DNA from: Trypanosoma brucei
Lineage: Eukaryota
Direction of reading: 5' to 3'
DNA length: 64,000 nucleotides
NCBI GenBank assembly: GCA_000002445.1
Contig: CM000207.1
Location: 1,472,001-1,536,000, forward strand
Shown one piece after another: positions 23,541 to 35,140 of the stretch. A model generated the notes under the pieces. It searched no databases. It was not told the DNA's origin and was given only the letters and a program-made list of their open reading frames with translations. Position 1 is the stretch's first letter; every line of letters begins with the position of its first letter. The position numbers and the translations under genes were made by a program.

Positions 23541-23878
23541 ACTAAGTAGAGCAAGGAAGGAGTGCCAAAAAATAATGGGAACGACCTGCCGGTTGGTAGA
23601 ATCACAAAAAGAGGTAAAGACAGACGTATAAATTTATATGTGTATGTTATGGATAACACGAACGTCAAGTCTACAATCCCACGGCTTCCCCATCCTTATG
23701 CGGTGTGGCAAACGGTTGCGAACGTTCACAACCAGAGGCGCACACGCAAACATACGCCGTGTCCCCTTCCTTATGTTTCATTTTGCTTTCACCTTATCTC
23801 AGCTTGAAACACAACCCAATAGGAACTAACTATACACGCACGGGGTTGTAAAAAAAAAAACTAATTTTGTACGCACGC

Positions 23879-23903
23879 ATATATATATATATATATATAT
23901 ATA
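23879..23903. repeat. (AT)12 dinucleotide microsatellite
   Basis: Read directly from the intergenic region downstream of the MRH-lectin gene. Confidence 0.95.
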
Positions 23904-24490
23904 CTTCTTAGACGGTAAACGCTGCACCGACAGCCGCACCCCACCTTCCTTCCCATCTCCCGAGCACACATGGTCACCAGAGATAGTCACTAAAGTTCAA
24001 GGGGCTCTTTGCTTGCCACCAAAAACAGACAAACAAATCATGAACCATTTGACGTGGTAGCCTTTCACACGAAGCGGTCCGAGTAGCTTAAATGGATGCA
24101 CTAAACCCTAATCTCACCGAAGCCAGCAACCTTTGCAGTGCGGCGTGGCGGATGGATAATTTTTACACGAGTGTATATATATAAATATATATATTTATAT
24201 GGAAAACCAACGATATATGGTAGGACGAAACTCCTGTTGCCGCAAAAAACTACACGCGCGCAAACACAACGCCACCCACATGCAGAAGGCATACCCCCGC
24301 GCGTACCATTAAAAATAAAAGTTTTCCTTTCTTCACAGTTATGTTCATGCTCACCACCCACACTCTTCTATGGTTTCATTGCGATATCGTTGTCTCCTCC
24401 GTGAAGTATACTGTCCTACCTCGCCTCATCTTGGTAATGACGAAAAGCGAGACACCAACTGAAGATGACACCAAATGAGACAACGTGTGC

Positions 24491-25690
24491 TTAAGCCGCT
24501 GCACGCTTCTTGTATTTTTTCTCAAGCGTCTCCATGAGCTTTGCTGAAGGAGCGTACGGTCCATACGGTGGAATCAGCTCCTTGAATATCATACAATCTT
24601 CCGCCCAATTCGACTGTACCAGGATTAGACCTGGAACCGTCTTCTTCACATGAGCTGCCTCGATCAATATGGGGCACTTTTTTTCACTGTGATCATACAA
24701 CACGTGAGTAGTGGAATTCCTCAGCAGCTCCCCAAGTTTCCCGTGTGAAGATATGATTACTCTTCCTCCGCACGCGACGAGCGCTTTAACAACCAACGGG
24801 TTGGATTCAAGTACAGGTGTCAGAAGGAATTTGATGCCGCTGAAAAGAGCATTGTTCACACGGTTGTTGCGCTGATCACCTTTGAACACTTCTATATCGG
24901 TAGCTCGGTTCCGACCTTCACGGACGTCATCGGAGTGTTCATCTTCCTTCTCCACTAGCCTTCCCTCTCCGGCAGCACTGCAAACAGCTTCGTAGATGTC
25001 TATGTTCGTATATCGTAGTTCTGGTATCTGAAAAGTTGGCGGAAGCTTCATGTTTTCGGGGGAAGTAACCACTTCTCTCGCAGCGATTGCCCCATCAGCT
25101 ACCGCTCTCCCGGCGGCGGCAAGCGTGTATTCCTTGACATTCATAACATAATATGGATGGTGATGGTGCGGAAGGTCCATCCCTTTTACGGTGGGTTGCG
25201 GTACAAGGGGAATGGCGGCCAAATGGAAGAGAGATGGGTGAATCTGGCGCGATTGAAGCAAGCAGTCCAGCATCCACGTGATGGGGACCACAAAAACACC
25301 ACGTCCCGCTTCCACACATTTTCGAACCTTCTCACTTCGTTCGTATCCTGGACGATACACCAACACATTCACTCGACCGAAGTCAAGCTCCACCATGCAC
25401 GTTGCTCCATGCCGCTCAGCCATCCGCCACTCAACGGAGTGACTTTGGTGCTTCACACTACGTGGAATTATGCCGTTGAAGGTTATGGTAAGGTCGGTAA
25501 AGATCTGTGGTACACCGTGACGGTCCATCGGGCGTGCGAAGGAACATATCTTGCAGAAGGCTTCTTCTTTAGGGACCTCCACTGAACAATTTGTGCAAGT
25601 CCATCCACTCGTCGCCACCGTTGAGTCTATCGGGTCGATGACTCGCCGTGCTGCTGATGTTTTCATCTCTCTTGGCTTCGTTACGGGCAT
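24491..25690 (-). CDS. RanBP2-type zinc-finger plus tandem-BRCT domain protein (DNA-damage-response type)
   Basis: 399 aa. GWTCTNCSVEVPKEEAFCKICSFAR = RanBP2 ZnF. Two BRCT-like modules, each ending with a W…DC/W…EDC motif. Confidence 0.55.
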   Translation of the reverse strand: MPVTKPREMKTSAARRVIDPIDSTVATSGWTCTNCSVEVPKEEAFCKICSFARPMDRHGVPQIFTDLTITFNGIIPRSVKHQSHSVEWRMAERHGATCMVELDFGRVNVLVYRPGYERSEKVRKCVEAGRGVFVVPITWMLDCLLQSRQIHPSLFHLAAIPLVPQPTVKGMDLPHHHHPYYVMNVKEYTLAAAGRAVADGAIAAREVVTSPENMKLPPTFQIPELRYTNIDIYEAVCSAAGEGRLVEKEDEHSDDVREGRNRATDIEVFKGDQRNNRVNNALFSGIKFLLTPVLESNPLVVKALVACGGRVIISSHGKLGELLRNSTTHVLYDHSEKKCPILIEAAHVKKTVPGLILVQSNWAEDCMIFKELIPPYGPYAPSAKLMETLEKKYKKRAAA

Positions 25691-26068
25691 ATTCGGACCC
25701 TCTCGGTTTCAAGGAAAATATTCAACAAGTTAAAAAAAGGTACGAATATTAAGCAGTATCACTCAAAAGGTACGACAACAATGACAAAAAGTTTCCTCCT
25801 TCCCACACTTTGGAAAGGCAGATGTGTGACCAGACGAACAAGCAAATGCACTTGTGTAGGAAGAACTAGTCATAAAGAACATCTACTATAACAAATAACA
25901 TAGGTGAAAACCGAATGTGGTCATTGACATAATTCCCACTTTTCGCAGCAGTGACACAAAGGTCACTCAGATGTTACCTCCTTGTGCAATTAGTTGCCCT
26001 TGCCTTCTAAGTTTAGGCACATCCGTAGATTTCATTCCACAAAGGATGCACAACACGGTAAGGGGTGG

Positions 26069-29000
26069 CTATCGGTGCAGAGGAGGTAACGAGGGAAGTT
26101 CCCGCCCACCCTTCTTCGGCACATCCTCAACACGCACATGCCTGAGCACTCCTGGCGGCATTGGGCGCCATCGCAAAAGTCGTTTGACTGTCTCCCGCTC
26201 CGCTGTCATGAATTCGGTATCCGGCACGGGTGGTACTCCCCGCGGGTACCTCAGCGACTTCGCCCTATTTTCGCGCTCGACTGCCTCCATTGCGGATTGT
26301 CTTCGGGCGCCCACCTCAACGAGATTCTCGACCAAATGCCGTTGTTGTCGACGGAGAGCATCCGCATCAAGACGTTTGACGCGAAGACTTTCTCGCGTTG
26401 ACTCTATATCGCGGAGTAACATTTCCATGGCCTGGTCGTGGGTCGACAGTATAACCTCATCGGCATCAATGCCAACGTTCATCTCATTGATTTCCTCCTC
26501 CTGATGAGTCGTGAGCATACAGCGTTTGATGGGCCGACCGGAGCATAACTCAAGCATCTGCATCTCTGTATGGTACGTCTCAAATCGGAAGGCAACACGG
26601 ATGTCGGAAAGATGCGTCCGCAGGGGGTCATTTCCAAGAGACGAGCTCATATACCAACAATCACCGATCGCCTCTCGCTTAAACGTATAATCAAACCCAC
26701 ACTGAAGCACGGAGTTGCGCGCGATTTCACATAGATCATTCGGGGATAAACCCCACACCCGTGCCGCAACGCTGTATTCTTCGATAAGTGGTTCTTGCGT
26801 CTGGTGAAACATCATCGGATCATCGGTACTAAGTGAAACATTCAGTCCGCGTCTAAAAAATTCTGGGAACGGATTGTTCAAAAACCTCAAAAAAAGCGCG
26901 TTGTTGCTCAGCGGCGAAACGTGCAAACCAATCCGCGAAAGATAGTACAAGTACTGCATAGGAGGATCCTTACGAAGATTGATGCCGTGGCATATGCTAT
27001 TGGCGCAGAGAAACGCCCCATAGAGGTGGCCAACGGATCCAGATTCTCCACAGTGCGGCCGCAGGGCAAATGTCGAAAAGCCACGCGAGGCGCGGAACTC
27101 ATTGAGTGTGCGGATGTTGGCATACAAGTAGTATAGATAGTAGTCGTAGGAGGGATTTTCGACGGACGTCCACGCCCATGGGGATACCACGGTGAAAGGT
27201 GTGTCTATCGTTGCTTCGTTGTCGACAGAATCAAAACCGCTCACATGGTTCAAGAAATTATGCACCAGTGGATGCTGCGACGGGTGCAAAGATGCCTCCC
27301 AAAGCGGCTGGAAGATATTCTGAAGGTACTGGCCGAAACTGCCGATGATATTTTGGGCACGGAACACCTTGTAAACACGTGGAACCTGGATGATCCATTT
27401 GTTGTGTTGTGAAGACATACCGTGTGTAGAGAACCAGAGAGCAAGGCTATCCCATTCCTTGACGTTGGTCCCATAAATCGAGACACGATTCTCAGCATAC
27501 GTATGTCGATCTCTTGAGTATTGAGCAAACACGTCATGAATCAACTCAGCAAAATACCGCCCTTTCATAAAGTTGTCCGTTTTGAGCAGTAGCGAACGCA
27601 TGTCAGGTGATTCAAGAGGATTATATTTATTATTGAAATTGTCAAACCGCTCGAACAATGTGTGGTCCGCCTGAACATTAAGCTGATCAACTGTCAGATT
27701 CGGTGTGATACCGTTGTTCTTAAAGAACTGGGCGAGTGTGAGGATTGTATCGCCCTTCTTAAAGGCGATATCGTCACCACTGTAGACAAGCTTCTTCACT
27801 ACGAAATTCAGAAGTTGTCTACCGGTCATTCCAGCCGCCATGTGAATGTGCGTATCCACCTTAACCGCTTGATAAATGTCTCGGTTTGATGATGTACGCT
27901 CTTCCGTCGTCCCTGCCTCGTTGGCGTGGTTGAGGGCAAGGTGTAGACGAAACTTGTGCTCAAGATTTTCCAACCGTTGGTGCGCAAAGTCCTTCACCTC
28001 TGGGCGTGAACAAATTCCATGAAGTTCAGCCAAATCACTATTAAAGGCCTCCAGTGTGGGAACATGCCGAGGCCACGCGTGGACGACATTCTTTGGGAAC
28101 GAAATGAAAACTGCGTCACTAGCGGCATATGTCCAGTCATCTTCATTGAAACTATCTGTTTTCCTCCGGAAGTCGGCTTCGACTGTACGCTCCGAGGTTG
28201 TTTCCCATGGATTAGGCGGTTCCCATATGTACTTAAAACGCAAATCTAGCGCCCGCGCGACGTGAGGGGCGGCGGCGACCGCTGATTTCACTTCCTTTAG
28301 TGGTCCACTTAGTACCGTACGGGGAAAACGAATGCGCATGTCCAAGACAGTGTCGTATTCCACTTCCTTCACGCGACTCAGGTAGTACCACCGTGAAGGG
28401 CCGGCAACCTCCTGTGGTGACAATTGGTTGAGGCGCAAGTCACGAAGCAAACTATGTTCTAGCTCCCACGATTCTTCACGAAATGCGAGACGCACGTTTG
28501 TCACCTGACTCTTTTCAAACTCGTTACCGTCGACACCCCGATGATACCGCTGCCCAAGCCATTCCTTCTTCCGCTCCGATGGAAAGGAAGACATTATGAC
28601 ACTGTTTCGTGCTAGCTCCGTAACATCTAGGAAACTCAAACGAAATAAATTCATTGCAGTTCCATATTCCTCTATCAATGGCGTCATACTGTGATGAAAG
28701 TAAAGGGGCGCATGTGTACTTATCGCCACCTTGAGGCAGCGGTGTAGAAAGTTAGGAAGGGGATGCTTCTGGTATGGAGTGACACCGCGCACATGATCGT
28801 GAAGGGGACTGACAGTAAGACCAACGCCGTGGAGACCGCAAAGATATTGCAACACGGGGTAATCCATAATTCTCGTGGCTCGCGTAATCACGTCCCCTAG
28901 CAAATATCCAGCCAGAAGCGCGTTCACACAATTCTGGTGAGTGCCACTAATGCGGAGTTGGAAAGTGTTGAGCCCCCTCATTTTTCTAAGATCATTCAGA

Positions 29001-30343
29001 ACCTTCATGTTTGCATAGATGTAATACACGTAATACAATCCATTCGGCTTGTCTTCATAGTTAATATCGCTTGGTACAGGTGATTCCACGTCCAAATCCG
29101 CCTCAACACCGGTAGACACGGCCTCAACTTGAAAGCCACCAAGCTGCTTTAACAGCCAAACAAGAGAGGAATACTTTTGTGTTGATGGTTGTAATGTGGC
29201 CTTGAAGAGCGGCAGAAAAAGGTTATCAAGCTGGTCTTGGATTGTTTTGCATTCAACCGCGTAGTTCACCCCGGAAGGAACCTCGTGCTTCAAACGGAGC
29301 TCCAGGATCCACATATTATTTTTGTAGGGTCCAATGTTCTGCCCATGTAGTGCCTCTGCAATATCGAACAACTCTCCAGGGTAGGTTGCATACACTGGAA
29401 TAGAGTACTCCGTCGCTTGTACATTATATGTCCGCTGTTCCTCCCTCTGCATCCGACGCTGAAGAAAGCGCGCCGTGCAGGAACCCCGAAGGTGAAGAAA
29501 GCTGTACCGCAGTTCCGCACTGAGTGGTTTATTGTCACGTTTACGATCGTCTTTATCATAATTTCCATGATATAATTGCCACCCCAGGCCCTCGACAGTC
29601 AGACGTGTGGGATCCTCCACGCCATTAGCTTGGAACAGTTCCCTCAAAGTGGAGTTGGATCCGTCGCGCAAGCGAATCGGGGCATCAGGGGTGTGGCGAT
29701 ACCAATCTTGGATGAAGTCCAACAGCTCCTGACCATCAGGGAATCGTGACAGGAGAACACAATTATCTACCTTCGTGACGTTGGAAAAGACCCCACCGGC
29801 CTTGCTAAAGCTATGTCTTTCCTCAATATCGGCATTAAGAAGGAAAAACATCCTAGACCGCTCCTGTATAATGTTCAGCCGGTGCGAACAAGCTTTAATG
29901 CATGTTGTATTCCCGACAGTCAGTTTCAGCTGCTGCACATCCTTGACAAACTTTTTCCACGGTTGTGAACACACAATTGACACATCCCTGCAAGAGGCAC
30001 GATAAACACCATCCTCCTGTGAAATAGATACATGCTTCAGATTTGCTGACAAATGTGAGACCTCGTTAGACTTCTTATACTGGGTCCTCATGTCGATGGC
30101 AAGATCGAGACGTTTGTACACCTTGCGCAAATCCACTCCGCCGTCATCTCCGTCGATGACCACCTTGAACATATTTGATTCCTGCAACTGACATTTCACG
30201 TAGTCATTGCGCCCTTCAGTAGTTGCAGTTGGATGCGGTTGCGGTGACTGGCCGAACTGATTCACACTCTGCCATGGCCTAAGAAAAAATGAGCTACGCC
30301 CGGGAGCCAGAGACACACTCATTCTTGCCTCCTCCCCTAACAC
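26069..30343 (-). CDS. AMP deaminase, large form with duplicated deaminase domain (N-terminal copy degenerate)
   Basis: 1424 aa. Domain 2 (aa ~775-1265) carries all AMPD signatures: KVDTHIHMAAG, YYLYYLYANIRTLNEFRASRGFSTFALRPHCGESG, SLSTDDPMMFHQTQEPLIEEY. Domain 1 (aa ~265-640) aligns along its length (YYVYYIYANMKVLNDLRKMRGLNTFQLRISGTHQ…AISTHAPLYFHHSMTPLIEEY) but lacks HxH, HCGE and DD. Confidence 0.85.
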   Translation of the reverse strand: MLGEEARMSVSLAPGRSSFFLRPWQSVNQFGQSPQPHPTATTEGRNDYVKCQLQESNMFKVVIDGDDGGVDLRKVYKRLDLAIDMRTQYKKSNEVSHLSANLKHVSISQEDGVYRASCRDVSIVCSQPWKKFVKDVQQLKLTVGNTTCIKACSHRLNIIQERSRMFFLLNADIEERHSFSKAGGVFSNVTKVDNCVLLSRFPDGQELLDFIQDWYRHTPDAPIRLRDGSNSTLRELFQANGVEDPTRLTVEGLGWQLYHGNYDKDDRKRDNKPLSAELRYSFLHLRGSCTARFLQRRMQREEQRTYNVQATEYSIPVYATYPGELFDIAEALHGQNIGPYKNNMWILELRLKHEVPSGVNYAVECKTIQDQLDNLFLPLFKATLQPSTQKYSSLVWLLKQLGGFQVEAVSTGVEADLDVESPVPSDINYEDKPNGLYYVYYIYANMKVLNDLRKMRGLNTFQLRISGTHQNCVNALLAGYLLGDVITRATRIMDYPVLQYLCGLHGVGLTVSPLHDHVRGVTPYQKHPLPNFLHRCLKVAISTHAPLYFHHSMTPLIEEYGTAMNLFRLSFLDVTELARNSVIMSSFPSERKKEWLGQRYHRGVDGNEFEKSQVTNVRLAFREESWELEHSLLRDLRLNQLSPQEVAGPSRWYYLSRVKEVEYDTVLDMRIRFPRTVLSGPLKEVKSAVAAAPHVARALDLRFKYIWEPPNPWETTSERTVEADFRRKTDSFNEDDWTYAASDAVFISFPKNVVHAWPRHVPTLEAFNSDLAELHGICSRPEVKDFAHQRLENLEHKFRLHLALNHANEAGTTEERTSSNRDIYQAVKVDTHIHMAAGMTGRQLLNFVVKKLVYSGDDIAFKKGDTILTLAQFFKNNGITPNLTVDQLNVQADHTLFERFDNFNNKYNPLESPDMRSLLLKTDNFMKGRYFAELIHDVFAQYSRDRHTYAENRVSIYGTNVKEWDSLALWFSTHGMSSQHNKWIIQVPRVYKVFRAQNIIGSFGQYLQNIFQPLWEASLHPSQHPLVHNFLNHVSGFDSVDNEATIDTPFTVVSPWAWTSVENPSYDYYLYYLYANIRTLNEFRASRGFSTFALRPHCGESGSVGHLYGAFLCANSICHGINLRKDPPMQYLYYLSRIGLHVSPLSNNALFLRFLNNPFPEFFRRGLNVSLSTDDPMMFHQTQEPLIEEYSVAARVWGLSPNDLCEIARNSVLQCGFDYTFKREAIGDCWYMSSSLGNDPLRTHLSDIRVAFRFETYHTEMQMLELCSGRPIKRCMLTTHQEEEINEMNVGIDADEVILSTHDQAMEMLLRDIESTRESLRVKRLDADALRRQQRHLVENLVEVGARRQSAMEAVERENRAKSLRYPRGVPPVPDTEFMTAERETVKRLLRWRPMPPGVLRHVRVEDVPKKGGRELPSLPPLHR

Positions 30344-30797
30344 TCGTTTTCCAGAGGAAGGCGACGTGCAAGGTGCGGAACAAGCAAGTCAGATAGTTCT
30401 CGTAAGATGTGCCTTGTTCTTTTAAGTTCCCGCTGAGCAGACTTGAAAAAAAAAAAGTAAGTGGAGAATGCGATTGGAAACAAGAAAAAAAAACAGTAAA
30501 GTGAGGAAAACAAGAAGTCTGTGACCATCACACGCAATAATAAGGATAGGACGTAACTGTAACCAAGCCCACTCACTGAGGCACAAAAACCCACTGAATT
30601 ACCCTTCGTTGGTATTCAAACGTAATAGGGATATAAAATGATTCTTCCTTCAGCAAAAATATAATGCTATACCCCTCCCCCCCCGCCTCAATGAATATAC
30701 CGGTAACGTGCAAATGACGTCACTTCATGGCCGGCGCTGCTGTTTCTCACTTTTTTTTAATCCACTCGATCGCCATTCACAACCTTCCATTCCGCTT

Positions 30798-31481
30798 CTA
30801 TGGGGCTGTGTCAGCAGGCGCGCCGGCCTCGGGTTTGGCTGACGAAGCCATGCGAAAGTATTTAATTCCCAATAATAAAAGCATAAGACAATGAGCTGTC
30901 CAGAGAGATGCGGATATGATAGCAAGGATAAACACGAGGAAGTTCTTTTCACCAAGCGCCATGATCCATCCGCACCCCCCAAGACCGCTAACCCCAACGG
31001 CCATCCATATGTCGAATATCACACCTAAGGCGAGACCAACGTACCCAAGCCAGCGCCTGGAATTGGCTTCATTTACCACCGATGAGTACACATTGTAATA
31101 CCAAACAACAAACGCTCCAGGAATTCCAACAAGGTACACAAACGACAGACCAAAGTGCATGCCACTCCCGCCGAAAACAAAGCTTAGAAGTGCGATCGAT
31201 ATATTGTAGATAATGATCGCAATGAGGGCAAAGTACATGAAAGCAAGAGTGTACATAAAGCGTTGCGAAGGTACTGGTACCTGTTCCTTGATGTTGTGAT
31301 ACACCAAAGGTTTGATGCACAAAAATTGGGGAGGAAAATTGGGCTCGGGGCCAAGCGGTGATGCGACGTTACCTTGCATTCGGCGTATCTCCTGACGTCG
31401 CTTAGCTAATTCCGCCTCCTTTTCCTCCACCATGGCGAGCGAAAGGTCCGCTGGAATGCCAACAACTGAGTCCGCTGGCAT
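30798..31481 (-). CDS. Secretory carrier membrane protein (SCAMP)
   Basis: 227 aa. PNFPPQFLCIKPLVYHNIKEQVP matches the SCAMP NxPP/E-peptide region; four TM helices follow. Confidence 0.6.
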   Translation of the reverse strand: MPADSVVGIPADLSLAMVEEKEAELAKRRQEIRRMQGNVASPLGPEPNFPPQFLCIKPLVYHNIKEQVPVPSQRFMYTLAFMYFALIAIIIYNISIALLSFVFGGSGMHFGLSFVYLVGIPGAFVVWYYNVYSSVVNEANSRRWLGYVGLALGVIFDIWMAVGVSGLGGCGWIMALGEKNFLVFILAIISASLWTAHCLMLLLLGIKYFRMASSAKPEAGAPADTAP

Positions 31482-32626
31482 CTTTCCAGGCTGATCGAGA
31501 GACGTATACTAGACCCGCTAATATGCGATACGTTGTGTGTATATATTAAACGTATCTATACCTACACCTAACAACTCTTTTATGTTGATTAACCCCGACT
31601 TACTACGTCCCCCTACAAAAGGAACACTGCGGAAAGAAATATATAAATGGCGAAAGTGAAGGAAACACCAAACATAACATCTATTACTGACATTTCGAAA
31701 CACGATGATGGTACATATAGTAACTCAACTTCCTCCAGGTCGACTTGCCGTGACGCGGACGCATAGTTGTTCACATGCAGCTGCAGCAAAAATAGTAAAA
31801 AAAAAGTTTGAACGATGATCAATCATCATCGTCCCCTCACTCCCCGAAAAGAAAAAAAAGCAACCCACAACAAAACATTGCGCAATCTACTATCTTTCAC
31901 TTCCTCTCCCGGGACGAAGTGACCGCAAGTAGCCCTACAGCTGCAACGCCTGAAAAGCATGCACTTGGTAATTAATAGGTCTGAAACCAACCTCGGTAAT
32001 GGTTGGAACGATCACCTTCAACAAATGTTAGAAAGGCCCCGAACCAGTTCCGCTCACTACATGATTATCGCATAAACGGCGATAAACGGCTTAACTACGG
32101 AATCTAACCATATCGGTGTTCTTTTGTTGTTAAGAGTTTGGCAGCGCGGTATTTTTTTGCCACGGACATTTACCCTCTGCAATTGGAAAGGGAGGAGAGT
32201 TTCGCCTCGGACACGACGACGAAGCGACAAGCAGCGACACGCGCGTAAGAAAAGGCAGCGAGAAACACGTAAACTTGATATTACATCTTACATGTGCTTC
32301 GATCAGGTCCGAAACAACAGCAGCATCCTCAAAATCACAGTCACCACAATACTTCCCTACGAAACATCCAAGAATAACAAGGGAAAAACGAAGCAAATTT
32401 GAAACTACCAACATTATCATACATATAATCTGTTTCCCTAACTTCGGATGCGCAGAGTAAGCATCTTCACTGACACCTGCAATAACACTCGGAGAACCAG
32501 CATCAATGCAATAATATTGACAATAATTAAAATAATAACGGTGTAATAATATAATAGGGAAATAAACACAAAGAACGGAAGGTACGAGGGAGGGTGTCGA
32601 AGAAAAATGTGCCACACGAGGCACCG

Positions 32627-33691
32627 TCACGAAAACATCTTCTTCAAACCGGAAGCCAACTTGGCTGTACGAGCCTTTTCGGCCTCTTTTGCTTGCTGCA
32701 GCTTCGCAGCAACCTCTGTGTTTTGCGGGTCTAGTGCCTTCGCCTTCGAAAGGTCTGCGATTGCAGATTCAGGGTCACCTGACCCAAGGCAGGCAGTTCC
32801 ACGTCGAAAAAGAGCCTTGACGTTTGACCCATCGATATCAAGAACCCGCGTGGCGGCATTGCGCGCATCCGACCACCTGCTTAGCTTCACTGCTGATGCT
32901 GCCGCATTGTTGTGGCAAGCAATCAACATTTCATTAATAGTCCCCTCATTTGCCGAGGTTTTATTGACGGCTTTGAGATACCGAGTTACTTTCGCGTACT
33001 TCTCCATGGCGTTCTCGTAGTCGCCACCCTTGAACAGATTGTTTCCAATTTGCCGTATCTCTTCCCCTGCTCTCACGAGTTCCGCATCACTCAGTGCGGG
33101 AGAACAATCCTCCGGATAGTCCGGATATTTGTCCCCACCGACTTGCTCCACGGGATCGGGAAGTGATTCCATTACCCCACAATCAGCAATTACACAGGGT
33201 TGAAGAGGGGTGTCATTGGCACCTGTTTCAACGTACTCCAACGCGCGTACCGTGTTCATTCCGCGCACGACTTTTCCGAAAACTACATGCCGGCCAGTAA
33301 GATGGTGCGCAGGGTTTACAGTTATGAAAAATTGGGATCCATTGGTGTTTGGTCCCGCATTTGCCATGGCTAGTAAGCCGGCCTTATCACATGGCATATC
33401 AAAGTTCTCGTCGTCAAAACGCTCACCGTAAATGGATACCCCACCTGTGCCATTGTGCTTTGTAAAATCACCCCCCTGAATCATAAACCCGCCGATAATC
33501 CTGTGAAATGTACTACCCTTGTAAGTCATTGGTGTGTCCGTCCCTTCAACGACCTTCCCTTCGTTACCGGTACAAAGTGCCCGGAAGTTAGCACACGTCA
33601 AGGGAGTCACATCATCGAAAAGCTCCAACACAATCTTCTCTCGAAGCGGCTTCCCACCGATGGTTACTTGGAGCCAGCAGAACTTGCCCAT
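32627..33691 (-). CDS. CYP40: Cyclophilin-40 (peptidyl-prolyl isomerase domain + C-terminal TPR)
   Basis: 354 aa. Cyclophilin core FHRIIGGFMIQGGDFT…GPNTNGSQFFIT followed by three TPR motifs. Confidence 0.9.
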   Translation of the reverse strand: MGKFCWLQVTIGGKPLREKIVLELFDDVTPLTCANFRALCTGNEGKVVEGTDTPMTYKGSTFHRIIGGFMIQGGDFTKHNGTGGVSIYGERFDDENFDMPCDKAGLLAMANAGPNTNGSQFFITVNPAHHLTGRHVVFGKVVRGMNTVRALEYVETGANDTPLQPCVIADCGVMESLPDPVEQVGGDKYPDYPEDCSPALSDAELVRAGEEIRQIGNNLFKGGDYENAMEKYAKVTRYLKAVNKTSANEGTINEMLIACHNNAAASAVKLSRWSDARNAATRVLDIDGSNVKALFRRGTACLGSGDPESAIADLSKAKALDPQNTEVAAKLQQAKEAEKARTAKLASGLKKMFS

Positions 33692-34288
33692 ATGTTCGTG
33701 TGGTACGCGCCTTGATGCTCAACTTTTCCTTGCGTCGCGCAGAAAATAAAAAAAAAAACTACAACGCAAGAGGAATTAAGGTGATCCTAAAAAAACGCAT
33801 AAAGGGTGATGACTATCCAATCTTCGCGGAGCGTCCACACTTTTTGCCGCACCACTCTGAGCGCAGGTTAAGCATGAAATTTGGGCAGGGATAATCATTT
33901 GCAAACGTCTCCACTAGAACCCTGTAAAAACAACTTTTACCCCCTTTTGCTGCTGCTGTAGTCTACAGAAAAGTCGAAAAGCTGAACACCACGGAAACAC
34001 CTGATAAAACGCGTTACATTGTCTCTAAACATGAAATACCACCCCCTTTAATTGTTTACAGTCAGATTATTGGTGCGGACAGCACTAACGCTTTGTCACA
34101 ACCCTTTCCTGACCGCTCTGCTACACCGGGAGCAGCAACGCGCACTAGGCTGTCAGCACCTCCGTCCCTTTCTACACGCTCCCACACATCTATAGACAAA
34201 CTCTTCATTCTCTTTGCGCTGCTTCATTCCATGTCATGTTTGTTCTCTCCTCCTCCTGTAACCATCAACACGCCACAACATCTAAAAT

Positions 34289-34747
34289 CTAAAATACGTT
34301 AACTGTCATAATGGCATAGTATGTAAGGGAAGCCAAAAGAGCTGCGATAACCTCATATCCCACATCAGCCGCAAGCAGTGGCAAGGGGCGCTGGTGTTGA
34401 ATAGATAAGTGTTGGCTCACGCACGAGATCCCTGCAACAAGCAACGCCGCATTCTGGTAGTCATGTAGCGAATTTCCCTTGCATATGCCAACAATTGTGG
34501 CGATGAAGACGATGCGGAAGCACGCCGAAAGTAGAGTAACAATCCAGTGAACGTAGGGAGGGTATCTCTGCAGAATATGCTCCACTCGACGGACGCCCTT
34601 ATCGGCAGCAAGGTGATAGTCCACTATTGTTTTCACAATAAGTTTGTACCACAAGGCAGCAAAAGCGACCTGAACGACAGATGCAAACAGAACAATACAG
34701 GGATTAACCTCCTTGATGGACTGTATTAGGGTTGTTTGAAGCGACAT
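34289..34747 (-). CDS. Hypothetical small polytopic membrane protein (152 aa)
   Basis: Four predicted TM helices. Transcribed-strand ORF filling an otherwise 850-bp gap. No family recognised. Confidence 0.4.
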   Translation of the reverse strand: MSLQTTLIQSIKEVNPCIVLFASVVQVAFAALWYKLIVKTIVDYHLAADKGVRRVEHILQRYPPYVHWIVTLLSACFRIVFIATIVGICKGNSLHDYQNAALLVAGISCVSQHLSIQHQRPLPLLAADVGYEVIAALLASLTYYAIMTVNVF

Positions 34748-35140
34748 TCTTTCCCAGTACCAAGCAGCTGTAGGGTAGGGACGCGTGCGCGCTACAAGTT
34801 TGTAGTTTGATTAATGATGCTGTCGCTTCACGGATTGAGAAACACACGATACGAAAACAGGATGAAATGCGGGCAGAGTGAAGCAACACAACAAGCGTGT
34901 AATGACGAAAAGCATTCTGGACAACCGAATTGGGAGGGGGCGTGATTGAACATTGAAATGAAAAAGTTTTGATGATAATGTGGTGGTTTGACCCACCAAG
35001 GCTATCGTACATAGTGCGGCACGCTCGTGAGTCTCTCACACGACACACTCACCCACATGCGTGTAAAATCTAAGGAACCCCTTGCCCCGCTCACGTGCAC
35101 ATCTCTTTCCTGTGGCAAACGTCAAGGCCGCCAAAAACTA

